Below, piece after piece: positions 17,967-29,600 of a stretch of DNA of 64,000 nucleotides. Position numbers and translations under genes: made by a program. The DNA is from Sphingomonas sp. GTDB taxonomy: Bacteria > Pseudomonadota > Alphaproteobacteria > Sphingomonadales > Sphingomonadaceae. The notes under the pieces were generated by a model. The model did no database searches, had not been told where the DNA came from, and saw nothing but the letters and a program-made list of their open reading frames with translations. Numbering within the stretch: the stretch's first letter is position 1; each line of letters starts with the position of its first letter. The stretch lies in NCBI RefSeq assembly GCF_036388435.1, contig NZ_DASVRV010000052.1, forward strand, positions 2,886 to 66,885, in the 5' to 3' direction.

Positions 17967-19027
17967 GCGGCGGCGCTCCGAAAGCCGAAGCCCTCCGCCG
18001 CCAGCCCCGGCCCGAAGGCGAGCGCCAGCCCCTCGCGCACCGCCGGCCCGTCGAGCAGCCGGGCAAGCACGAACATGAGCGTCGCCGAAGACATGTTGCC
18101 GCAATCGGCGAGCACGCCGCGCGAAACGGCGAGCGCGTCGTCAGGCAGACGAAACGCGGTCTGCACCGCGTCCAGGATCGATCGCCCGCCGGCATGGACC
18201 GCCCAGCCATCGATGGATGCGGGCGGTCGTCCCCCCGTCGCGTCGCGCGCCAGATCGGGGTCGCCCAGTGCCTGGGCGATCCGCCCCGGTACCTCGCCGG
18301 ACAGGTGCATCGCGAAACCGTGATCGGTGATGTTCCAGCGGATCAACGCGTCCGAATCGGGCAAGGTCGTCGCGAAAGGCTGGTCGATCGCGAAGCCGCG
18401 CGGCTCGGCGGTCACCAGCGCCGCCGCGGCGCCGTCACCGAACTGAAGCATCGCGAGCAACGGTTCGAGCGCCTCGACCTCCTGCAGGTGAAGCGTCGAA
18501 AGCTCCACCGTCACGACGAGCACGCGCGCGGCCGGGTCGGAGCGGACGACGTGGCGCGCGCTGCGCAGCGCCGCGACCGCGGCGTAACAGCCCATGAAGC
18601 CGACGAGCAGGCGCTCGACCGAGGGCGCCAGTTCCAATCGTCGCGCAAGGATCTGGTCGATCCCCGGCGCGACGAAGCCGGTGCAGCTCGCCACCACGAG
18701 ATGGGTGATCCCCGCGAGCGACACCCGCTCGCCGAGCGCGGCGACCGCGCGCAATGCGAGGTCCGGCGCCGCCTCGGCATAGACCGCCATCCGCCGCGCG
18801 GTGCCCGGACGCTCGCCATGGTAGAAGCCGTCAGGGTCGACGGGCGACCCGCCCACCGACGTCTCGGGGAGCACCGACCAGCGGTGACGGATGCTCGCGC
18901 GGCCGGCCATGCGATCGAACAGCTTCCGCTCGCGCGGCGACACGCGCGTGCGCGCCCAGGCGATGAACGCGTCATGGATGTCATGGGCAGGCACGGCGGT
19001 GCCGACGGCGTTGATATGGGGCGTCAA
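17963..19027 (-). CDS. Type III polyketide synthase (chalcone/stilbene synthase superfamily)
   Basis: 354 aa. The Cys-His-Asn triad contexts are present: VVASCTGFVAPG, WAVHAGGRSILD and CGNMSSATLMFVL. Confidence 0.92.
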   Translation of the reverse strand: MTPHINAVGTAVPAHDIHDAFIAWARTRVSPRERKLFDRMAGRASIRHRWSVLPETSVGGSPVDPDGFYHGERPGTARRMAVYAEAAPDLALRAVAALGERVSLAGITHLVVASCTGFVAPGIDQILARRLELAPSVERLLVGFMGCYAAVAALRSARHVVRSDPAARVLVVTVELSTLHLQEVEALEPLLAMLQFGDGAAAALVTAEPRGFAIDQPFATTLPDSDALIRWNITDHGFAMHLSGEVPGRIAQALGDPDLARDATGGRPPASIDGWAVHAGGRSILDAVQTAFRLPDDALAVSRGVLADCGNMSSATLMFVLARLLDGPAVREGLALAFGPGLAAEGFGFRSAAA

Positions 19028-19152
19028 GCGAAGAACTCGGAGGAACCAGCCCCTTCAACGCGCCAGTCCGGATAAGTGCCCCAAGCGCGTCCGGTCGCCG
19101 GCCGGTCGGCGTGTCCGCGCGGACGATCCTCCCGCGCGGCCATCCCGACGGC

Positions 19153-22122
<2,970 letters not shown>

Positions 22123-22353
22123 TTCTGTTCCCCGATCGGCAGCCGTCCCTGTTCAGCGGCCTTGATGTGGATCGGTTAGAAGCGTGCCGTGTCGTCGATC
22201 AACAGCAAGAGACCACCCCGCCGATCTAATCGTGCGAGAATATACCTGTATCAACCCGAGCACGGCCGACGACGGTGTTTGAACTGGCGATGCAGGCCAG
22301 CGATGGGCAAGTTTCGGCCGATGAGGGGCAATCAGCATCGTGCATATGCGCCG

Positions 22354-23592
22354 ATGACGCGCCGGACGCTGCTCGCGACCGGCGGCGCGGCGCTCGTCAC
22401 GGCCTGCGCGCGGGGCCGCGATCCGGAAGCGCTCAGGCTTTGGGCGATGAGCTACGAGGGCGATTATTCGCCGCTGCTGATGCCGGCATTCACCCGGGCG
22501 ACGGGCATTCCGGTCGAGGTGCAGTCGCTCCCCTGGACCGCCGCGCACGAGAAGCTGCTGACGGCCCATGCCGGGGACTCGCTGCCCGACGTGCTGATGC
22601 TGCCCAATGGCTGGGTCGGCGAGTTCGCGCTGGTCGGCGCGCTGGTGCCCGTCGTCGATCCCGCCTTCGTGGCCGACCTGTTTCCCGGCACGATCGAGAC
22701 GGTGCGCGCGGGCGGGGTCGATTTCGCCGTGCCCTGGTCGGTCGCGCCGCAGGTGCAATTCTACCGCCGCGACCTGCTCGCCCGCGCCGGGTACGACACG
22801 CCGCCGGCCGATTGGGACGGCTGGCGCGCGATGGGCCGCGCGCTGAAGCGGCGGCGGCCGGACGATTACGTCATGCTCCTGCTCCTCAACTGGCCCGACG
22901 CGCTGTTCACCTTCGCGGGGCAGGCGGGGGCGAAGCTGCTGCGCGACCGGGACACGCGGGGGAATTTCCGCACGCCCGAATTCCGCGCCGCCCTGGGCTT
23001 CTACAAGTCGCTGTTCGACGACGGATTCGCGCCGCGTGCGTTGTCGACCGAGATCCAGGACCCGCTCGCCGCCTTCGCCCAGGGCTATTTCGCCATCTAT
23101 CCCAACGGGCCGTCCCTGCTGCTCGACCTGCACCGCCGCCGTGCCGAGATCGCGGCAGATCATTGGGGGATCGCGCGAATGCCGGGGCCGCGCGGTCCGG
23201 GCGCGGCGTCGGGCGTCAGCGCCAGCCTGTGCGTGTCCGCTCGCTCGCATCGTCCGGCCGACGCCTGGAGCCTGGTCCGCCACATGACCTCGACGGCGAC
23301 GGAGCTTCGCTTCCAGACCCTTATCGGCAACCTTCCCGCGCGGCGGAGCGCATGGGATCACCCGCAATTGTCGATCCCGCTGCTGCGGCCGTTCGCCGAG
23401 CAGATGCTCGAACCCGCGCCGGCGCCGTCCATCGTTGAATGGGAGCGCATCCGCCTGGAGGTGCAGCTGATCGCCGAACGCGTGGTGCGCGGCCTGGTCA
23501 CGATCGATCAGGGCCTGATCGAGATGAACCGCCGTGCGGACCGGCTGCTCGCCAGGCGTCGCGCGCTGGTCGAGGCGGGGAAGATCGCATGA
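22354..23592 (+). CDS. ABC transporter substrate-binding lipoprotein (carbohydrate-type, family 1)
   Basis: The start is chosen at MTRRTLLATGGAALVTAC, which has a twin-Arg-like n-region and a lipobox. The remainder looks like an extracellular solute-binding protein. Confidence 0.85.
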   Translation: MTRRTLLATGGAALVTACARGRDPEALRLWAMSYEGDYSPLLMPAFTRATGIPVEVQSLPWTAAHEKLLTAHAGDSLPDVLMLPNGWVGEFALVGALVPVVDPAFVADLFPGTIETVRAGGVDFAVPWSVAPQVQFYRRDLLARAGYDTPPADWDGWRAMGRALKRRRPDDYVMLLLLNWPDALFTFAGQAGAKLLRDRDTRGNFRTPEFRAALGFYKSLFDDGFAPRALSTEIQDPLAAFAQGYFAIYPNGPSLLLDLHRRRAEIAADHWGIARMPGPRGPGAASGVSASLCVSARSHRPADAWSLVRHMTSTATELRFQTLIGNLPARRSAWDHPQLSIPLLRPFAEQMLEPAPAPSIVEWERIRLEVQLIAERVVRGLVTIDQGLIEMNRRADRLLARRRALVEAGKIA

Positions 23593-24470
23593 CGCGGCAG
23601 GAGCGCGCGGCCTGGGCGTTCACGCTGCCGGTGCTGGCGGTTATCGCGCTCGTCTTCGTCGTGCCGACCGCGCTGGCGATGGCGCTGAGCGTCACCGATT
23701 ACGACCTGTACGCGCTGGCCGACTGGTCGAACCTGAATTTCGTCGGGCTCGGCAATTTCGCCGACCTCCTGTCGACTCCGCTCTTCTGGCGGGCGCTGGG
23801 CAACACCGCGCTGTTCGCGCTGATCGGGGTGCCCGCCGCGATCGGCGCGTCGCTCGCCACCGCCCTGCTCCTCAACTCGGCGACCGTGCGGTGGAAGCCC
23901 TTCTGGCGCGTGCTGCTGTTCGCGCCCTACGTGACCAGCGTGGTCGCGACCGCCGTGGTGTGGCGCTTCCTGCTCAACACGCGGTTTGGGCTGATCAACT
24001 ATGCGCTGGGCCTCGTGAACATCCCGCCGGTCGACTGGCTGGGCGATCCGCGCGCGTCGATCCCGGCGATCCTGTTGTTCGTGACGTGGAAGATCTTCGG
24101 CTACAACATGATCGTGTTCACCGCGGCGCTGGCGGCGGTGCCCGGCGACCTGATGGAGGCCGCGCGGCTCGACGGGGCGGGGCGGTGGACGCGCTTTCGC
24201 CACGTGACCCTGCCGGCTATCGGTCCGACCCTGATCTTGGCGGGGGTGATGAGCGTGGCGGGATTCCTGCAGCTCTTCGCCGAGCCCTATGTGATGACGC
24301 TGGGCGGCCCCGCGCAGAGCACGGTCACCGTCCTGTACTTCATGTTCGACGAGGGGTTCAAATGGTGGAACCTGGGACAGGCCTCCGCGGTGGCGTTCGT
24401 GCTGTTCCTGCTGATCCTGGCGCTCACCCTGATCCAGACGCGAATCGGGCGGCGGTACGAATGGCTTTGA
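23589..24470 (+). CDS. Carbohydrate ABC transporter permease (MalF/UgpA-like)
   Basis: The start forms an ATGA overlap with the binding-protein stop. Six hydrophobic segments and the EAA-type loop (EAARLDGAGRWTRFRHVTLP) are present. Confidence 0.88.
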   Translation: MTRQERAAWAFTLPVLAVIALVFVVPTALAMALSVTDYDLYALADWSNLNFVGLGNFADLLSTPLFWRALGNTALFALIGVPAAIGASLATALLLNSATVRWKPFWRVLLFAPYVTSVVATAVVWRFLLNTRFGLINYALGLVNIPPVDWLGDPRASIPAILLFVTWKIFGYNMIVFTAALAAVPGDLMEAARLDGAGRWTRFRHVTLPAIGPTLILAGVMSVAGFLQLFAEPYVMTLGGPAQSTVTVLYFMFDEGFKWWNLGQASAVAFVLFLLILALTLIQTRIGRRYEWL

Positions 24471-25312
24471 GACGCCTGCGCGCGGTGCTGCTCAACGCGG
24501 CCGTCGCGCTGCTCACGCTGGTCACGATCGCGCCGCTCGCCTGGATGGTGACGGTGTCGTTCATGCCGCGCGGCGAATCGAGCGCCTTTCCGCCGCCCTT
24601 CCTGCCCAGCCGGTGGAGCTGGGAGAATTATCACGAACTGCTCGCGCGGCGACTGATCGACGGGGCGTGGTTCGATTACCGCATCGTCCCCGCGATCGGG
24701 AACAGCCTGCTCGTCGCGGCGATCTCGACCGTGCTCGGGCTGCTGCTGACGGTGCCGGCGGGCTATGCCTTCGCCAAGCTGCGCTTCCGGGGGCGCGAGC
24801 GGTTGCTCCAACTGCTGATCGCGTCGCTGGTCGTGCCGGGGCAGGTGGCGATGCTGCCCTTGTTCCTGTTGTTCAGGGAATTGGGGCTGGTGAACAGCTA
24901 TGCCGGGGTGATCCTGCCGTCGCTGGCGGGGATCTTCGCGGTGCTGTTCGTGCGTCAGGCGACGCTCGCCATCCCCGACGAGATGATCGACGCCGCGCGG
25001 CTCGACGGCGCGAGCGAAGCGCGCATCTTTCGCGTGATCGTGCTGCCGCTGCTGGCGCCGGTGACGGTGACGCTCGCCTTGTTCATGTTCCTGGGAAGCT
25101 GGAACGATTTCCTCTGGCCGCTGATCGTGCTGGCCGACCAGCATCTCTATACGCTGCCCGTCGCGCTGGCCGCGATCGCGCGCGAACATGCGGCGGACGG
25201 CGAGCTGATGATGGCGGGGGCGGTGGTGACGACGATGCCGGTGCTGCTGCTCTTCCTGGCGCTCCAGCGCTATTATATCGGCGGGCTGCTGGGGGGCAGC
25301 ATCAAGGGCTGA
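24461..25312 (+). CDS. Carbohydrate ABC transporter permease (MalG/UgpE-like)
   Basis: ATG 24461 overlaps the upstream gene by 10 nt. The EAA loop is DAARLDGASEARIFRVIVLP. Confidence 0.88.
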   Translation: MALRRLRAVLLNAAVALLTLVTIAPLAWMVTVSFMPRGESSAFPPPFLPSRWSWENYHELLARRLIDGAWFDYRIVPAIGNSLLVAAISTVLGLLLTVPAGYAFAKLRFRGRERLLQLLIASLVVPGQVAMLPLFLLFRELGLVNSYAGVILPSLAGIFAVLFVRQATLAIPDEMIDAARLDGASEARIFRVIVLPLLAPVTVTLALFMFLGSWNDFLWPLIVLADQHLYTLPVALAAIAREHAADGELMMAGAVVTTMPVLLLFLALQRYYIGGLLGGSIKG

Positions 25313-26393
25313 GCGGGGAAAAGGCCCGGCCGTCCGCGCCGAACAGATGGGCGTCGCCCGGCGCCACGGCGAACCGGAGCGTCTCGCCCAGGGTCACGGC
25401 GCGGTCACCGGGAAGCTGCGCCACCACCGTGTCGGTTCCGCCCCGCGCGCCCAGATGCGCGAAGGACAAGGGGCCCAGCCGCTCGAACAGCTCCACCGCG
25501 CCGCCGAACGGGCCGGCCGCGTCCACGCGCAGATGCTCCGGCCTGATCCCCAGCGTCGCGGGCGACCCGATCGCCTCGCCCGGCACCCGCGCGGCGATCC
25601 GCACCGCGTCGCCGTCGGGCAGGCGCACCGTCGCACCCCAGGCGTCGGCCGCGTCGATCGTGACCGGGAGCAGGTTCATCGCCGGCGAGCCGATCGCCCG
25701 CGCCACCGCAAGATTGGCGGGGCGGGCATAAAGCGCCATCGGGGCGCCGACCTGCTCGATTCGTCCCTCCGCCATGACGACGATGCGGTTCGCGAGCGTC
25801 ATCGCCTCGAGCTGGTCGTGCGTGACGTAGATCATCGTGCTGCCGAGCTGCTGGTGCAGCCGGGCGAATTCATGGCGCATCCGCACGCGCAGCGCGCTGT
25901 CGAGGTTCGAGAGCGGCTCGTCGAGCAGGAGGACCTGGGGCTCGCGCACGATCGCGCGGGCGATCGACACGCGCTGGCGCTGCCCGCCCGACAGCGCGCG
26001 GGGCCGGCGATCGAGCAGGGCGGTCAGGTCCAGCGCCTGGGCCACCGCCGCGACGCGTTCGGCGGCCTCGCGCTTGGGCCGTTTCGCGACGGTGAGCGGG
26101 AAGGCGATGTTCCCGGCGACCGTCAGATGGGGGTAGAGCGCATAGGATTGGAACACCATCGCCACCCCGCGCTCGGCGGGCGCGACATGGGTCACGTCAT
26201 GTCCGCCGATTGCCACGCGGCCGGCGCTCGGCTCCTCCAGCCCCGCCAGGAGCCGCAGCAAGGTCGACTTGCCGCACCCCGACGGCCCCATGACGACGAC
26301 GAACTCGCCATGATCGATCGCCAGGTCGGCGGGATGAAGCACCGTCACGTCGCCGAAGCGCTTCGTCAGTCCCGCGATCTCGACGCGTGCCAT
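25302..26393 (-). CDS. ABC transporter ATP-binding protein (MalK/UgpC type with C-terminal regulatory domain)
   Basis: The start is the internal Met MARVEIAGLTKRF. Walker A GPSGCGKST, signature LSGGQRQR and Walker B LLLDEPLS are present. The gene converges on the permease genes and overlaps them by 11 nt. Confidence 0.92.
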   Translation of the reverse strand: MARVEIAGLTKRFGDVTVLHPADLAIDHGEFVVVMGPSGCGKSTLLRLLAGLEEPSAGRVAIGGHDVTHVAPAERGVAMVFQSYALYPHLTVAGNIAFPLTVAKRPKREAAERVAAVAQALDLTALLDRRPRALSGGQRQRVSIARAIVREPQVLLLDEPLSNLDSALRVRMRHEFARLHQQLGSTMIYVTHDQLEAMTLANRIVVMAEGRIEQVGAPMALYARPANLAVARAIGSPAMNLLPVTIDAADAWGATVRLPDGDAVRIAARVPGEAIGSPATLGIRPEHLRVDAAGPFGGAVELFERLGPLSFAHLGARGGTDTVVAQLPGDRAVTLGETLRFAVAPGDAHLFGADGRAFSPLSP

Positions 26394-26535
26394 GCCGTCC
26401 TCCCCTGCCGGACGCCATCCGTCGGGCGCACGGCGGATGCAAGGGAGTGGCTCGAAGCTAGGGCCAGGAAAACGCACCGGGCCACCACGCGCCGCGATCC
26501 GCCTCGCGTCCGTCCGCCAGCGATCTATGCTCACC

Positions 26536-26560
26536 TATGTTTTTAATTTTTTTTAATATA
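26536..26560. promoter_or_regulatory. Almost pure A/T tract in the divergent promoter region
   Basis: tatgtttttaattttttttaatata is 25 nt with a single G. It lies between the ABC ATPase gene and the autotransporter gene, in otherwise GC-rich DNA. Confidence 0.4.
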
Positions 26561-26668
26561 CCATCCTGACGGGAGCCATTTCGCGGCGCCCATGTTGTGC
26601 GTGGGGGCGATTCGGGTCGTTCATCGCGGATGACCGCGCGGATACGGCGCCCCGGGGGTAGATTTACG

Positions 26669-29600
26669 ATGATCAATGGTTCCGCAATTTCCCTTTCGGG
26701 AGAAATTCGTCGTGCTGCGCTGGGAAGCATCTCGCTGGCGGTTCTCGCGGTGCTCGGCGCGACGGCAGGCCATGCTCAGGCGCTTCGGCCCGATTATTCA
26801 CCGGCCGCCGACAATGGCGGGGGCGCCGACCCCGACCGGGCCAGGATCATCACGCGGACCGACACCACCGGGACGATCACCGGCGACTATTCGCTGCGCG
26901 GCACCAGCGCGCGGCGGTTCCGGTTCGACAGCTACACCGTCGCCGAACGTCAGGCGCGCGGCGAGGTCGTATCGGGCTATGACGCGATCGACGGGCGGGT
27001 CAGCGTCGCGCTCGGCGCCGAGGAGAAGCGCACGGTCGTCACCTATCCCGACCAGATCAAGGGCACCAATGTCGCGACCCCGGTCTATGACAACGACCTG
27101 TTGACTGCCTTTAGCGCGACCGATCGCGATACCGCCGCCTTTTTCGACACGGGATCGCCGGTCTATGGCGACCTGCGCCTCGCCAATATCAGCGGTTCGG
27201 ACGTGACGATCGCCACCGGCAGCAAGGCGAAAAGCGTCTACGATACTGCCAACCTGGCGATCGTGACCGCGGACAGCGGCTCGACGCTCTACAATGTCGC
27301 CGCGGGCAGCAACATCGTGTATGACGCCGTGACCGCCACGATGAGCGGCATCGACCAGGACGGCCTGCGCCAGCGCGCGACGCAGGACTATCTGGTCAAC
27401 GTCACGACCTTTTCGGGCGTGACCTTCAACGGCGACGACAGCGTCACCGACCTCGCGAGTCTGAAGCGCTACAACACCAGCCTGATCTCCCGGCTGCAAA
27501 GCGGCGCGATCACGCCGGATCAATATGAGGGCATGATCCAGGCGGCTGCGCAGACGTCCGAGCGGACGGTCACCGTGCGCAACGAGCCGCTCGACCGCTA
27601 CCGTGCGCCGCCGACGACGAGCGAGCGCCTGTTCATCAAGCTCGATCGTTCGACGCTGGTCACCACCACCGATTCCCGGCTCGTCGGCATGGCGCAGGCG
27701 GATCGCAACACCGATGGCGGCAACACGCTGATCCTGGCGCAAAACGGGTCGGTGGTCACCAATAACGGCGTCGTCACGCAGGCGGGCGCCGGCCCCGGGA
27801 TACGCCTCGACGGCGCGGGCACGACCCTGGTCAACACGGCGACGGGCGTTATCGGCATCGGCTATGAGGTTCTCGACCGGTCGAGCGGCACCGCGGTCGC
27901 GACGGGCAGCGACAACCGCGCCCATACCACCGACAATGTCGCGATCCTCGCCAGCAACGGCGCGGCGATCGGCAATGCCGGCATCATCAACGTCGCCAAT
28001 CGCGATATCGCCAGCCTTCCCAACAATCCGGAGTTCGGCAAGGCCAATGTCGGCATCGTCGTCGGATCGGGCGCGACCGCGTCAAATACCGGCACCATCC
28101 TGATCGGCGGCGGCGCCAGCGTCGCGGCCAATCAGCTCGGCTCCTTCGACGGCGCGGCCGGTCTCGTCGCGATCGGCGGCGGTACCGCCGCCAACGCCGC
28201 GGGCGGCCTGATCCGCGTCGGCACGAGCTTCGCCGAGACCAGCGCCGATCTGGCGACGGTCACCGACATCGTCTCGATCAACCCCGCATCGGGGATGACC
28301 TCGCTTTCGGGTGGCGGCGCGCTGATAAACGCCGGCACGATCCGCGTCGGCGTGCTGGCGCAGAACGCGACCGGCATCAAGATCGGCGGTGACGGCGGCA
28401 CCGCGGTCAACAGCGGCGCGGTCACGCTCGATGCGTCGCCCGCGACCAGCCCGGTCCGGCGCAACGCCGCGATCTCGGTGTTGGGCAGCGGCGTGGCCGG
28501 TGCGGTCAATGCCACCAACACCGCGACCGGCGTCATCACGCTGGGCGGCATCAACAGCGTCGGCCTGCTGGTCGAGAACGGCGTCGCCGGCGGATCGGCA
28601 CGCGCGGTCAATGACGGCGCGATCGTCATCAACGGCGGCGTCTCGTCCGATCGCCTGCGCAATTACGGCATCTATGTCGGCAACGCATCGTCCTCGGCGG
28701 TGCAGAACGGTGCGGTCACCATGCGCGGCGAGGGCGCGATCGGCACCCATGCGCGCAACGGCGGCACCGTAACCGTCGGCGCGAACGGCACCGTCGATTT
28801 CCAGGGCGCGCGCCAGATCGGCTATTACGCGCTCGGCGCCGGATCGACGATCACCGGCGGATCGACGATGACCGACATCGACACGGCGTCCTCCACCGGC
28901 CTTCGGGTCGAAGGTGGCGCAGCGGCGCGCGGCGCCGGGCTGATGTTCACCGTGTCCGGCGCCGGTGCGTTCGGCATCGTCGGCTCCGGCGCCTCGTCGG
29001 GCACCACCGTCGACGCGGCGGGCGTGCAGATCGCGGTCTCGGGCGCGGGCGGCACCGGCATCGTGATCGAGGGCGGCGCGACCGGTATCGTCGATGCGAC
29101 CAGCGACATCCGCCTGACGGGCGCGAACACCATCGCGGTCCTGGTCGATGGGCAGGGTCGCGACATAGACGGCGTCGCGACCGGCACCCCGGTCGCCGCC
29201 ACCAGCCTAGCAGCGGGCGCGAACCTGGCGTCGTCGGCCGCCAACGTCACCGGCTATGTCGTGCGCAACCAGGCCCAGCTCACCCATTCGGGTATGATCG
29301 CCTTTGCCGGCGCGAACGGCTCCGCCATCGTCGGCACCACGGGCGCGCGGATCGCCAATAGCGGTACGATCGGCCTGGGCGGCGGCGCCAGTTTCGGCAT
29401 CGACCTTGCCGGAACGGGCACCACGGGCACGCATACCGGCAGGCTGACGGGCAGCGGCACGGGCGTGCGCATCGCCAGCGGCGCGGCCTTCGCCAACAAC
29501 GGCGCGATCGCCCTGACGTCGGGCACCAGCATCCTGATCGACGGCGCGGGATCGACGCTGTCGGGCACCGGCACCGGCGCCGTGTCGGTCGGCGAGGGAG

